Assembly: GCA_963705505.1 (NCBI GenBank)
Contig: CAVPJU010000003.1
Location: 1-64,000, forward strand
Reading direction: 5' to 3'
DNA: 64,000 bases
Source of the DNA: an uncultured bacterium
GTDB lineage: Bacteria; Desulfobacterota_D; UBA1144; Nemesobacterales; UBA2774
The notes under the pieces: model-generated
What the model saw: the letters and a program-made list of their open reading frames with translations, nothing else
Told to the model about the DNA's origin: nothing
Databases searched by the model: none
Shown: positions 37,729 through 48,264 of the stretch, one piece after another
How the letters are laid out: every line of letters starts with the position of its first letter
How positions within the stretch are numbered: the first letter of the stretch is position 1
Made by a program: the position numbers and the translations under genes

Positions 37729-38116
37729 GTGGCTCCTTCTCCTTACTTGGCGTTATTGCTTGCAAAATTTTAAAAAAGGGAACAATCATTATAATGCAAC
37801 CGACCTACAAATCAAATAAAAACTCAATATCCTGCCGTATTCCTTAACAATTTTAATATACGGAAGTATTTCTGCAATAGAGCGGCACACGGTCTAATTG
37901 TGCGAATGCACAATACATGCTCAGGTCATATGTTATAGTACCCTGCCCCTTATAAAAACATTTTACCCGTTTTTATGCCCTTGTGAATTGCCCGGCGATA
38001 ATTTTTCAAAACCTTTAAATAACAAGGTGTGTCCGGTTAATTTTACTGTTGTTTTATATAAAATGATTTTATTCCGCTTTAATTAAATCCAGGAGTTATA
38101 ACTATATAGGACATTT

Positions 38117-38248
38117 ATGAGCTCGCTAAGATACGCGCAGGCCGGGGACCTCGCGCTCGCGACGGTGATAGAGCTAATCCTCGTGCCCGTCTTCTACGCG
38201 ATATTCGTGCTTGACCTCAAGATTATAAAATGGGGAAATAATAGCTAG
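38117..38248 (+). pseudogene. Fragment resembling the last TM helix of an RND (AcrB-type) transporter
   Basis: YAQAGDLALATVIELILVPVFYAIFVLDLKIIKW resembles the RND C-terminal GGL..AT..TL.LVPV.Y pattern. Confidence 0.45.
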
Positions 38249-38268
38249 ATCGTGTGTGCGGCATTCGA

Positions 38269-38395
38269 CCCTTCGACAGGCTCAGGGCGAACGGGTTTAA
38301 AAGATGAGACCCTAAAACGGGTTCAAGGCGACTAATCTTAATGAATGAAAGGTTACACCCCCATCCTAACCTTCCCCCTTTCTAAGGGGAAAGGA
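38269..38395. repeat. Cluster of three REP-like palindromic elements
   Basis: cccttcgacaggctcagggcgaacgg; gagaccctaaaacgggttcaaggcgac; cacccccatcctaaccttcccc..ggggaaagg; related sequences recur elsewhere in the window. Confidence 0.65.
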
Positions 38396-38504
38396 AAGAA
38401 TAATTGTCGTAGGAGACACACAGTAATTATGGGAACAGACTATTTGTGTGAGCGCAGATTCTGCACCATAGATTGTGTGCACCTGATTCAGAAGAAGCTT
38501 TCTA

Positions 38505-39899
38505 TTATTTGAGCTCGTTCAGCTCTTTGGTTATGTTGCCCACTACGGCGCGGGCGTCGCCGAATACCATTATGGTCTTATCGTTAAAATAGAGCTCGTT
38601 CTCGATCCCCGCAAATCCCGGGTTCATGCTGCGCTTTATGACCATTATCTGCTTGGCCTTATCAACGTCGAGAATCGGCATTCCGTAAATGGGGCTCGCC
38701 GCGTCATGGCGCGCCGCCGGGTTCGTCACGTCGTTTGCGCCTATAACTAGCGCCACGTCCGCTTCCGGAAATTCGGGATTTATGTCGTCCATATCGAAAA
38801 GCACGTCGTAGGGCACGTTCGCTTCGGCAAGGAGCACGTTCATGTGCCCGGGCATCCTCCCCGCTACGGGATGTATCGCGTATTTGACGTCGGTGCCGCG
38901 CTCCTTGAGGATATCGGCCATCTCTCTTACCCCGTGCTGAGCCTGCGCGGCCGCCATTCCGTATCCGGGGACGATTATGACCGATTTCGCCTTCGCGAAT
39001 ATCTCCGCGGCCTCTTTCGGCGTGCCGGAGCGGACGGTTTTAGCGCCTGCCTCTTCGGCAGGTACTGCGGCCCCGTCAGACGGCGTTATCTTTCCGAATG
39101 CGCCGAACAGCACGTTTGTGAAAGACCGGTTCATCGCCCTGCACATGATAATTGACAGTATGAAGCCCGAGGCGCCGTCGATCGCTCCGCCGATGATCAG
39201 GATTTTATTGTTAAGCGCGAAACCCAGAAGCGCCGCTGAAATACCGGCGTACGAGTTCAATATCGATATGACAGTCGGCATGTCCGCGGCTCCTATGGGC
39301 AGGATCAGCATCACGCCGAACGTGAGGGCGAGGACAAGGCCGAGGTAGAAAAGGAAGCCGGTCGTGGGCACGAATACAAGGTAGATGACGATTAAGGCAA
39401 TAACCCCGAGGAGGGATACGTTAAAAATGTTCTGGCCTTTATACGTCCAGGGCGCTCCCGGCAGGATGCCCTGTAATTTTCCGAAGGCCATCATGCTTCC
39501 GGTGAACGTCAGGCTCCCGAGCATGACCTCCGAGCCTATGGAAGTCATTCTCACCGTATTGAGGTCCTGGCCGTGGTAATATTCCGCGATCCCGACCAGG
39601 GCCGCAGCGAGAGCTCCGAACGCATGCGATAACGCGGTTCGTTCGGGCATCTTCGTCATCGGAGTCCATGCCGCGATACCTATACCGGCTATAGAGCCTA
39701 TGATAAGGCCGACGACGATCCACTCGTAGCTTATTATTTCACTCTGTATGAGGGTCCCGATAATGGCCATGGTCATTCCGAGGGCGGCGAGTTTCTGGCC
39801 GCGCCTGGCCGTTTCGGGCGAGTTCAGACCCTTGAGTCCGAGGATGAACAGTATGGCTGATATGAGATATATTAGGTTAGTAAAAATATGGCTCGTCAT
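38505..39899 (-). CDS. pntB: NAD(P)+ transhydrogenase subunit beta
   Basis: TM domain, PIGAADMP.VIS.LNSY, CRAMNRS, VPGYGMA, IHPVAGRMPGHMNVLLAEA, GANDV.NPAA. Confidence 0.97.
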   Translation of the reverse strand: MTSHIFTNLIYLISAILFILGLKGLNSPETARRGQKLAALGMTMAIIGTLIQSEIISYEWIVVGLIIGSIAGIGIAAWTPMTKMPERTALSHAFGALAAALVGIAEYYHGQDLNTVRMTSIGSEVMLGSLTFTGSMMAFGKLQGILPGAPWTYKGQNIFNVSLLGVIALIVIYLVFVPTTGFLFYLGLVLALTFGVMLILPIGAADMPTVISILNSYAGISAALLGFALNNKILIIGGAIDGASGFILSIIMCRAMNRSFTNVLFGAFGKITPSDGAAVPAEEAGAKTVRSGTPKEAAEIFAKAKSVIIVPGYGMAAAQAQHGVREMADILKERGTDVKYAIHPVAGRMPGHMNVLLAEANVPYDVLFDMDDINPEFPEADVALVIGANDVTNPAARHDAASPIYGMPILDVDKAKQIMVIKRSMNPGFAGIENELYFNDKTIMVFGDARAVVGNITKELNELK

Positions 39900-40198
39900 T
39901 TCTGGCTCTTGTCATCACCTTTTTTAAACATTTTCAGCATACGCTCCGTGATCAAAAATCCGCCGACTACGTTACACATCGCACAGGCAACGGCGACGGT
40001 TCCGAGTACGGTAACGACCGTGCCGTGCTTACTTCCCGCAATGAGGATCGCCGCGACTACGGAGATTGCGGATATGGCATTGGTAGCCGACATGAGCGGG
40101 GTATGGAGGAGCGGGGGCACACGCGATATAACGATAAATCCTAAAAATGCTGCAAGAATGAATATATACAATCCCGCGACTAATAGTGCTGAATCCAT
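39896..40198 (-). CDS. pntAb: NAD(P)+ transhydrogenase subunit alpha part 2
   Basis: VPPLLHTPLMSATNAIS, NVVGGFLITERML.MF. Confidence 0.95.
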   Translation of the reverse strand: MDSALLVAGLYIFILAAFLGFIVISRVPPLLHTPLMSATNAISAISVVAAILIAGSKHGTVVTVLGTVAVACAMCNVVGGFLITERMLKMFKKGDDKSQK

Positions 40199-40217
40199 GA
40201 GACGGTATCTCCTTTCT

Positions 40218-41363
40218 TTATTTCACGGCTTCTTTTATGGCCGGATGCACGATCTGTCCCCCGTGAGTTATCAGCGAACCCTTAATTATATCGTCCGCGA
40301 GGTCGATATTAGCGGACTTCCCGTCAGGCGATATCAGGTTTAAAAACGCGAGTATATTCCTCGCGTAGAGCACGCTCGCGTGGACAGGCATGTTGCTCGG
40401 AATATTGTAGAAGCCTATTATCGTTACGCCGTGTTTCACTGCTTCCTTACCGGGCTCGGAAAGCGCGCAGTTACCCCCCTGCTCCACCGCCATGTCCACG
40501 ATGACTGAGCCGGGCTTCATCTCTTTAACCATCTCTTCCGTGATAAGTATCGGGGCGCGTTTTCCGGGGATGAGCGCCGTTGTGATAATGACGTCCGCGT
40601 CCTTGGAATGCTTGCGGATCAGCTCCTGCTCGTTTTTATAAAACTCGGGCGACAGCTCTTTCGCGTAACCCCCCACGTCCTCCGCCTGCTCATGAGGGAC
40701 CTCGAGGGATACGAATTCAGCGCCCAGGCTCTTTACCTGCTCTCCCGCCGCCGGCCTTACGTCAAACGCGGTCACGACTGCTCCCAAACGCTTGGCGGTA
40801 GCGATCGCCTGAAGCCCTGCAACGCCCGCTCCTATGATGATTACCCTCGCAGGGTGTATCGTTCCCGCAGCCGTGGAGAGCATAGGAAAAAACCTGCCGC
40901 ACGCGTTTGCCGCCATCAGGACGACTTTATAACCGGCGACGGTGCTCATGGTGGAGAGTGCGTCCATGCGCTGAGCGCGCGTTATCCTCGGGACCATTTC
41001 CATGGATAAGGAGCTGATATTGTGCTCGGCGAGCTTCTTTACGACATCAGGGCTCGAAAAAGGCTGTAGAAAAGATATGACGACGGCCCCGGGTTTCATA
41101 TGGCCTATCTCGTCGGTCGTTGGCTTATTCACCTTGAGGAGCACATCGGCATCCGAGAGCACCGCGTCCCTGCCGGGGGCGATCTTCGCTCCGGATTCCT
41201 CTAATTCTCGGTCGCTGATGAAAGCCGCCTCACCAGCTCCCGCCTCGATTACCACCTCCATTCCCGCCTTCGTCATCTTGCCGACGGTCTCGGGGACGGC
41301 GGCGATCCGGCGCTCACCTTCCAATGACTCTTTAATTACTCCGACTCGCACTAGTATCTCCAC
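40218..41363 (-). CDS. pntAa: NAD(P)+ transhydrogenase subunit alpha part 1
   Basis: ERRIAAVP, PRITRAQRMDALS, GAGVAGLQAI, GGYAKE, TTALIPG, GGNC. Confidence 0.95.
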   Translation of the reverse strand: MEILVRVGVIKESLEGERRIAAVPETVGKMTKAGMEVVIEAGAGEAAFISDRELEESGAKIAPGRDAVLSDADVLLKVNKPTTDEIGHMKPGAVVISFLQPFSSPDVVKKLAEHNISSLSMEMVPRITRAQRMDALSTMSTVAGYKVVLMAANACGRFFPMLSTAAGTIHPARVIIIGAGVAGLQAIATAKRLGAVVTAFDVRPAAGEQVKSLGAEFVSLEVPHEQAEDVGGYAKELSPEFYKNEQELIRKHSKDADVIITTALIPGKRAPILITEEMVKEMKPGSVIVDMAVEQGGNCALSEPGKEAVKHGVTIIGFYNIPSNMPVHASVLYARNILAFLNLISPDGKSANIDLADDIIKGSLITHGGQIVHPAIKEAVK

Positions 41364-41616
41364 TCAGGATAAAAATCAGCGGCTTCAAATTACCTAACCT
41401 TCAATCCGCCGTCAATACCTGATATATATAATATAATCAGACACCAGATCCAAGCCCTATTTCTACGTTCCAAAAACCCAATGCTTTATGATTCTATTAG
41501 TATTTTCCAATCAGTCAAGTTTAGGAGTCCTATATGATTAAAATTAAATCTTGAGGGTCCCGGCGAGACGTATTACGAATCACGCGAAACCGCGCAGGGC
41601 CGGAGCCGCGAAGCGG

Positions 41617-41961
41617 TCATTCGTCTTTTCCGTCCCTCTTCTTTCCGGAGGCGGGGAATAGCCAGCCGAGCGATACGAGGTTGAGGAAGGTTTCGAGGAA
41701 ACCGGCTCCGGCGTTGTCGTCCCCACCGCGGTCGTCCTCGAACTCGGCGTTACGGATCACGCTCTGTATGAGCTCCTTCGCGTCCTCGTATATGTCTTCG
41801 GGGACCATAATCGTCTTCGCGTTTAACGAGCTCATATATGCGCCCGTATACATCGACCCGAAGTGCTCGTTCTGGACATAATAAGGCATATCCGAGGCCT
41901 CGAACATGCTTTTCAGGAACACGAGCTCCGACTCATCAGAAGGCGTATATAGTTTTTTCAT
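41617..41961 (-). CDS. DUF2007-like putative signal-transducing protein
   Basis: MKKLYTP....E...LKS..EA..MPY.VQNE...IMVPE.....AKELI; start reassigned to ATG 41961. Confidence 0.65.
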   Translation of the reverse strand: MKKLYTPSDESELVFLKSMFEASDMPYYVQNEHFGSMYTGAYMSSLNAKTIMVPEDIYEDAKELIQSVIRNAEFEDDRGGDDNAGAGFLETFLNLVSLGWLFPASGKKRDGKDE

Positions 41962-42190
41962 TTTAATACTATGAGCGCGTATTCCGCTGAAGCCCCGAAT
42001 CCATCCGCAGACGAAAACCCGGACTGTGCCGGAAACGCCGGTCAATAGCGAATAATGTACCCGAATTCTCGATACTATATAAAAGCATAAACCCGGCGGG
42101 AGCGGAAAATCCCGCACATTTAATTAAACCCGGTCTCTAAAAATGATATAATTAACTCCAATATTCGTCTATTCCCGGGAGAAAGCCGAA

Positions 42191-42661
42191 ATGCAGACAC
42201 TTGAATCGATACTGAGCGAGCACTACTGCTTTAAGGGGCTCGACAAGAAGTACCTGGATATGATCGTGAAGAAGGCGTACGACGCCAGCTTCAAGGAAGG
42301 GGATTTCATATTCCACGAGAACGATAAGGCGGACAAGCTCTACATAATCCAGGAGGGCATAGTAGCCCTCGAAACGAGACTCGCGCCCGACAGGGACCCA
42401 TTAACGATTCAAATGATCGGAGAGGGCGACGTGCTCGGGTGGGCCTGGCTGTTTCCGCCCTATTTGTGCCATTTCGACGCCAAGACCGTCGCGCCCACGC
42501 GGGCGGTCGTGCTCGACGGCACTTTTATCCGCACAAAATGCGAGGAGGACCACGACCTGGGCTACGAGCTTTTAAAAAGGTTCGCTTATATAATCCAGCA
42601 GAGGCTCCAGGCGGTGAGGCTCCAGAATCCCAACATGTACGTCGTGAAACCCAAATCCTGA
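42191..42661 (+). CDS. Stand-alone cyclic nucleotide-binding domain protein
   Basis: F.EGDFIF.E...AD.LYII.EG.V, GEGDVLGW, CEEDHDLGY; no HTH. Confidence 0.85.
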   Translation: MQTLESILSEHYCFKGLDKKYLDMIVKKAYDASFKEGDFIFHENDKADKLYIIQEGIVALETRLAPDRDPLTIQMIGEGDVLGWAWLFPPYLCHFDAKTVAPTRAVVLDGTFIRTKCEEDHDLGYELLKRFAYIIQQRLQAVRLQNPNMYVVKPKS

Positions 42662-42730
42662 AAAGCATCCGTAGGGGGAATAACGACAGGCAGCGGTAAG
42701 GGAGATAAGCTCTAAACCCGCCCGCGGGTC

Positions 42731-43126
42731 TTATTGATCCCGAAGCTCCTTCGCCTTGAGACTCCTTACCGCGAGCTTGAGCGTGTTGAACCCCAGGTGC
42801 GCGCAGTTTGGCCTCGTGGTTACGAGCCTTTTGCCGAGTATATCGGTTATGACGTCGGGCGGCATCGCCTCTATCTCGGAGAGGGTCTTCCCCACCGCCT
42901 TCTCGAGCATGATGGATGTACCAGCCTGACTCACCATACACCCTTCGCCCTCGAAGCTCACGCGGCGCACTACTCCCTCCGCGTCCGCATCCATGTATAT
43001 GGTTACGATGTCCCCGCAGCCGGGGTTCCCGCCCTTCTGAACGACTCCCGCATTATCGATCGGGCCGTGGTTCCTCGGGTTCTTGTAGTGCTCGAGGATG
43101 AGCTCCATTAATTCATCGTGGTCCAT
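42731..43126 (-). CDS. SufU/NifU-N family Fe-S scaffold or sulfur-transfer protein
   Basis: ILEHYKNPRN.G, NPGCGD, GEGCMVSQA, RPNCA (three Cys); start could be 43141. Confidence 0.88.
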   Translation of the reverse strand: MDHDELMELILEHYKNPRNHGPIDNAGVVQKGGNPGCGDIVTIYMDADAEGVVRRVSFEGEGCMVSQAGTSIMLEKAVGKTLSEIEAMPPDVITDILGKRLVTTRPNCAHLGFNTLKLAVRSLKAKELRDQ

Positions 43127-43188
43127 GCTTTCTCTGTGCATCGAAGATTTATTGCCGGCAAGCGGGCCTGACGGACGGCCCATCCCGC

Positions 43189-43614
43189 CTAGTGGACGGT
43201 AACAGCCTCTTTCACCGCGCTCCTGATGCGGTTATACACCGCGGAGAGACCGAACATGCGCCTCGTGCCCAGCTTCCTGTCGAGACTCAGGCTGTGTATA
43301 AGGTTCTCGGGAGCCGATTCCAGTTCCTCGGGCGGGACGCCGCTGAACGCGTCCACGAGGAGCGAGACGAAACCCCTCACCGTCGGGGACTCCCTGGGCA
43401 CGTCCGCATAGATCCTCACCTTCCCGTCCTTAATGTCGACGAAGATAAAAACAGGGGTCTCGCATTCGGGCACGCGGTTATATCCCGCGTCCCTGGCGTC
43501 CCTGTATTCCACGGGCAGCGGAGGCAGAGACTCCGAGTAATCGAGGAGCATGGAGAGCGTCTCCTGATAATCGGCTTCCTGAAACTGCCCTATTATTTCT
43601 TCGATCCTAGTCAT
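43189..43614 (-). CDS. sufE: SufE family sulfur acceptor
   Basis: L..Y...LPPLP, RVPECETPVF, ESPTVRGF, R..GL. Confidence 0.88.
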   Translation of the reverse strand: MTRIEEIIGQFQEADYQETLSMLLDYSESLPPLPVEYRDARDAGYNRVPECETPVFIFVDIKDGKVRIYADVPRESPTVRGFVSLLVDAFSGVPPEELESAPENLIHSLSLDRKLGTRRMFGLSAVYNRIRSAVKEAVTVH

Positions 43615-43643
43615 GATTTCAGAATAATAATCCCGTCAGCTAT

Positions 43644-43682
43644 AAAAAAAGGGATGCATCGTTAATAGCCGAGCATCCCCTT
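43644..43682 (-). terminator. Intrinsic terminator after the sulfurtransferase gene
   Basis: gggatgc...gcatccc stem followed by a T-tract on the minus strand. Confidence 0.65.
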
Positions 43683-43710
43683 GATTCTAATTATAATAGT
43701 ACCTAGGAAC

Positions 43711-44556
43711 TCACGGTTTCTCGATAGGAGCCTTTACGAGGTTCCCCCACTCGGTCCATGAGCCGTCGTAGTTCCTCACCTTATCGAACCCGAGGAGGTA
43801 AATGAGAACGAACCATGTATGGGAAGACCTCTCTCCAATTCTGCAGTATGCGATAACGTCGTCTCCCTTCCTGAGCCCCTTGTCGTCTATGTATATGGAC
43901 TTGAGGTCGTCCGCGGATTTGAAAGTGCCGTCTTCCTTCACTGCGGTCGCCCACGGCACGTTCTTCGCCCCGGGGATGTGACCGCCTCTTAGCGCCCCTT
44001 CCTGCGGGTACGCCTCCATGTGGAGGAGCTCTCCCGTGAACTCCTTAGGGGAGCGCACGTCTATGAGCGGGTTCTTCGAGCTCATATGCTTCGTAACGTC
44101 GTCCCTGAAGGCGCGTATGGACTCATCTGTTCCCGAAACCTTGTAATTCGCCTTCGCGTATTTCGGGACTTCTTTCGTAAACGGCCTGCCCTCTTCGACC
44201 CACTTCTGCCTGCCGCCATTCATGATGAGGGCCTTTTTATGACCGAAGAGCTTGAATACCCAGAACGCGTAGCAGGCCCACCAGTTATTCTTGTCTCCGT
44301 AGAAGACGACCGTAGTATCGTTCGAGATACCCTTATCGGACAAGAGCTTCTCGAATTTCCCCTTATCCACATAGTCCCTGATGACCTGGTCCTGAAGGTC
44401 CGTCTGCCAGTCTATCTTGACAGCGCCTTCGATATGACCCACGTCGTATAATAGTACGTCCTCGTCTGACTCCACTATCCTTACATTCGGATCTTTAATG
44501 TGCTCCGATACCCAACCTGTGCTGACCAATACCTCCGGATGTGCGTATTCTGCCAT
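43711..44556 (-). CDS. Two-domain rhodanese/thiosulfate sulfurtransferase (CysA/SseA type)
   Basis: [44 protein letters not shown]. Confidence 0.93.
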   Translation of the reverse strand: MAEYAHPEVLVSTGWVSEHIKDPNVRIVESDEDVLLYDVGHIEGAVKIDWQTDLQDQVIRDYVDKGKFEKLLSDKGISNDTTVVFYGDKNNWWACYAFWVFKLFGHKKALIMNGGRQKWVEEGRPFTKEVPKYAKANYKVSGTDESIRAFRDDVTKHMSSKNPLIDVRSPKEFTGELLHMEAYPQEGALRGGHIPGAKNVPWATAVKEDGTFKSADDLKSIYIDDKGLRKGDDVIAYCRIGERSSHTWFVLIYLLGFDKVRNYDGSWTEWGNLVKAPIEKP

Positions 44557-44630
44557 CTCTATTCTCCTTCTTACTTAATTTTTTATGATTTAGATACGGA
44601 TGAGAATTAAATCGATTCCCCCTTCTATCT

Positions 44631-44659
44631 ATTTTATTGGTTGACGAAGATTTATTCAA
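44631..44659 (-). promoter_or_regulatory. sigma70 promoter candidate for the sulfurtransferase gene
   Basis: Minus strand TTGAAT, 17 nt, TAAAAT. Confidence 0.55.
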
Positions 44660-44877
44660 GTCAGACGCCTCTTTTTAACATGCCATGTTCATTAGAATTT
44701 TGGCTGCGGGATATTCGATCGCCCGCGGCTTAATTAAAATACTCCCCTATAGCGAGCCCGAAAATCCACGCAGCCGTGTTTCGGTCCAGCTTCACAGCTC
44801 CGCTCCGTATCAGCAATCTGAATGAAAGCTCGCAGCATCTTGTCGTTTGCATCCCGGTATGCCCGCGATACCCGAAT

Positions 44878-44893
44878 GGCAAACGCCGTGCCA
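44878..44893 (-). promoter_or_regulatory. sigma54 (-24/-12) promoter candidate
   Basis: Minus strand TGGCACG-gcgt-TTGC matches the consensus TGGCACG-N4-TTGC. Confidence 0.55.
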
Positions 44894-45225
44894 TGAATCG
44901 GGTTATTTAATGTTCATGGGCAGTTATGCATTCATGTGGTCAGCTTCGCGGACGATTCGCATACATCTCCGTGTTATTTCCGAACCACCTGTATAAAACT
45001 TATACTGCAAACGCCAAATCCGATTCCGATGCCGCGCCGTTATCGTTATGGCTTCCGCCCTGAATGCCTTGCGCTCATTTCAAGGCATTAATGCCCGTGA
45101 GGTCATGCACACCGGGCAGGAAAAAAGGGTGTTCTTTCATTCGCTGTTTTGTGCTATTATGTAATAAGATGGGCATTTAATAATTTAAACCGCGGTAAAA
45201 AAATTTAATAAGGGGGTGAGCATCC

Positions 45226-45684
45226 ATGTTAGAAGAATTAAAAGTGCGTGACTTGATCGGCGCGAGAGACAGGGTCTTTTTTGTGGATGCTGAAGACACG
45301 GCAGACGTCGCTGCGCTAAAACTCCGGAATTTCAAGGTGAGGACCACGGGTGTAATGAAGGCGGGCCAGATCGTCGGCGTCGTGGGGCATTCGGATTTCG
45401 CTACCAAGATAGTGGCGCTCGGCAAGAAGCCCTCCGAGGTCAGGATCGCGGAAGTCATGAGCGACGTCTTTCATACAGTCACTCTCGACACCTCTTTTTA
45501 CGAATGCCTCGACCTCATGAACGAGCACACGATCTCTCACCTCTTCATACTCGACCCCGACGGCGAATACTACGGCATGCTCGCGTGGAGCGACCTGCAG
45601 CGGATACTCGTAAAAGAGCTCAAGTACCAGCTCAAGGTAGCCCAGGAATACGCGTTCGGTCCCCATGTAGTAATCTCGAGATAA
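45226..45684 (+). CDS. CBS domain pair protein
   Basis: Two CBS-like repeats (VGVVGHSDFATKIV; LDLMNEHTISHLFILD..G). Confidence 0.8.
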   Translation: MLEELKVRDLIGARDRVFFVDAEDTADVAALKLRNFKVRTTGVMKAGQIVGVVGHSDFATKIVALGKKPSEVRIAEVMSDVFHTVTLDTSFYECLDLMNEHTISHLFILDPDGEYYGMLAWSDLQRILVKELKYQLKVAQEYAFGPHVVISR

Positions 45685-45745
45685 TGCGATATGATCTTCA
45701 CGCAGCCGGGCTCGATCGATAAAAGCCGACTAAAGCGGAGAATGA

Positions 45746-46018
45746 ATGACTGTAGAAAAAAACACCGAGGAAATAAGGGAGAAGGCGGAAGCCGTAGAGA
45801 GGGAAGTACGGGCCAAGGAAGCTGAAACCGCCCGGAAAGTGCGGGAAGCGGGCAAACACACGCAAAAAAAAGGACTGATGCAAAGAAGGGAGAGCTTCGC
45901 CCAGTCGAGCGTACCCAACTCCCACAGGGGCTACAGCGGCAAGCCGCCCCGTGTCATGATGGTCATAATAGTGACAATGTTCATCGTCAGCTTCATACTG
46001 GCCGCAATCACCGGCTGA
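45746..46018 (+). CDS. Hypothetical protein with C-terminal TM anchor
   Basis: Charged coiled segment plus hydrophobic C-terminus; RBS GGAG. Confidence 0.6.
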   Translation: MTVEKNTEEIREKAEAVEREVRAKEAETARKVREAGKHTQKKGLMQRRESFAQSSVPNSHRGYSGKPPRVMMVIIVTMFIVSFILAAITG

Positions 46019-46219
46019 TTGATTTTCCCGATCAAAACAATCTTTCCCCTTGACCGAATGCCTTAATCAGGAACCAATATCTTTATTCCTTCCCGTTTAT
46101 ATAAAAACCTGAATCCCCTTTTACGAAAGGGGAAAATCCCACTCGACTTCCGCCGGCGGAAGAAACAACAGAACCCCGTGCCCGGAATTGAAGACCGCCC
46201 TCCCCTACAGCCGCACACT

Positions 46220-48031
46220 CTAGTTCATGCCGTCTGCAATCTCACCCACGAGCGCTACAAGGTGATGGCCGGGCTGGGGAGCGGGCGGGTTATCGTGAGC
46301 GAAAGCCAGCAGCTCGCCGTTTTCCTTTATAAGGAATAGCGGCATCGCCTTATCGCCGTAGTGAGTCCTGAACGCATCGTAATTAAACTCCGCGGTGAGG
46401 TGCGTCTTCTTTATCACGGCGCCCGAGCCGAACTTTATCGAAATATTCTCGTACGTCGCCTCGGGGCCGAACAGGAACCTCCCCGATAATTCCGAAACAG
46501 CATCATCGTCCGACGCGGGTTTGCGGCCCGATTGCCTGGTGAGCTGATAGACCTGCGAGCGGCCGAAGGACTCGATGAAGCTCAGCGCCGCAAGCGAATT
46601 CACCTCGTCGTTCGAAGTGACGGCGAGGAGCTTCCCTATTCCCTCGCAGTCAATGTGCTCGGAAACGTTATCGAGAATTATATTTTTATAATACGCCTTG
46701 AGACCGTCCTGGTGCGCCGAGGAAATATTCGTCCAGTTGGAATCGACGAGAGACACCTTGAAGCCGTTATCATGAAGGCACTTCGCTATCGCCCTCGCCC
46801 ACGAATGGGCGCCGATGAATAACACTCCCTGAGGATTGGGCTTCGCGATGCCGAGCCTCCTTGCCAGAGTGGGCGCTGTCAAACCGTAAATGAGCACTGT
46901 CGCGGTGATAACGAGGAACGTGATACTGACCAGATGATCCGCTTGCGGAAACCCGTCCTGCGTGAGCCTCAGACCGAATACCGAAGCCACGGAAGCCGCC
47001 ACGATGCCGCGGGGCGCCATCCACGAGAGAAACAGCTTCTCATTAAACTTTAAACCGCTCCTGCGGGTTGACAGGAAAACGCAGAGCGGCCTCGCGATAA
47101 AAAACAAGACCCCCAGGAACAGCGCGCTCTTCCAATTAAGCACGTATTTCAGGTCATTGAGAGTGAGCCTCGAAGCCAGGATAATGAAGAGGCTCGAAAT
47201 GAAGAGCACGCGCAGGGTCTCCTTGAATTCCATAATGCGCTTTATGCTTACCGTCTTCTGGTTCGCGAGGACGATGCCCATTATCGTGACAGTGATGAAT
47301 CCGGACTCACTCTGCATATAGTCCGATGCCGTGAATGCGGCGATGAGGATCATGAGCGTGACGGGGCTCTGAAGGTAGTCGGGCACCCAGTACCTCTTCA
47401 ATATATGGATCAATATCCGCGCGCCGGCTATGCCGATGAAACCGCCGACGGCAAATGTCTTGAGGACGCTCCAGCCGACCCGTTCCGTTGCCTCTATGAC
47501 CCCGCCCGCGATTATAGCGTGGAATACAAGCACGGCGAGGAGCGCTCCTATCGGGTCGATGACTATCCCTTCCCATTTCATTATGGAGCCTATTTTTCCC
47601 GAAGCCCTTATTTCACGCAGAAGCGGCATGATTACAGTCGGCCCTGTGACGACGAGAATAGCGCCGAGCAGGGCGGCGATGCGATGGTCGAGCCCGAAGA
47701 GGAAATAAGCCGCTACTGCGGCGACCGCCCATGTGACGCAAACCCCGATAGTCACGAGGCTCACGACCACACCCCTGATCTCCCGGAGCTCCGAGAATTT
47801 GAGGTTCATCCCGCCTTCGAACAATATCACTGCAACGAAGACCGAGACCACGGGCAGGAGCGTGTCGCCGAATATCTTGTCGGGGTCGATAAAACCCGTG
47901 ACCGGGCCGGCTATGAAACCCGACGCGAGGAGGAGCAGTATGGCAGGCACGCCTAACCGCCAGGAAACCCAGTAGGCCCCTACGCCGAGCACTATTATTA
48001 CCGCGAACCCGAGTAAAAAACCTTCATCCAT
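46220..48031 (-). CDS. NhaP-type (CPA1) cation/H+ antiporter with C-terminal TrkA-N-like domain
   Basis: ILFEGG, TGPTVI.P, WEGIVIDPIGA, APRGIVAA, C-terminal Rossmann-like domain. Confidence 0.9.
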   Translation of the reverse strand: MDEGFLLGFAVIIVLGVGAYWVSWRLGVPAILLLLASGFIAGPVTGFIDPDKIFGDTLLPVVSVFVAVILFEGGMNLKFSELREIRGVVVSLVTIGVCVTWAVAAVAAYFLFGLDHRIAALLGAILVVTGPTVIMPLLREIRASGKIGSIMKWEGIVIDPIGALLAVLVFHAIIAGGVIEATERVGWSVLKTFAVGGFIGIAGARILIHILKRYWVPDYLQSPVTLMILIAAFTASDYMQSESGFITVTIMGIVLANQKTVSIKRIMEFKETLRVLFISSLFIILASRLTLNDLKYVLNWKSALFLGVLFFIARPLCVFLSTRRSGLKFNEKLFLSWMAPRGIVAASVASVFGLRLTQDGFPQADHLVSITFLVITATVLIYGLTAPTLARRLGIAKPNPQGVLFIGAHSWARAIAKCLHDNGFKVSLVDSNWTNISSAHQDGLKAYYKNIILDNVSEHIDCEGIGKLLAVTSNDEVNSLAALSFIESFGRSQVYQLTRQSGRKPASDDDAVSELSGRFLFGPEATYENISIKFGSGAVIKKTHLTAEFNYDAFRTHYGDKAMPLFLIKENGELLAFAHDNPPAPQPGHHLVALVGEIADGMN

Positions 48032-48264
48032 ACGGAATCCCCGGGGCTACCACGCGTATTTATCCTGCGCTATCATGAGAAATATCCCCTGACCTGCTGT
48101 GAAGGAAGAGCTCGACAGGTCTTACCTAATTTTAAGAAAGTTTTAGTATTTACGCCAGTGGTAATTTCACGACGAGGGCAAAGAGCTGCACGGCCGGTAA
48201 ATTACCTTCCGGTGATTACGGTTTATAATTCCGGGCCCGTCAGGAATACTAAATAGGGCTTGAT

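Noticed and set aside
48118..48146. TAAAACTTTC on the minus strand upstream of the antiporter, like the ECF -35
   Set aside because: No CGTA -10 element at 16-nt spacing
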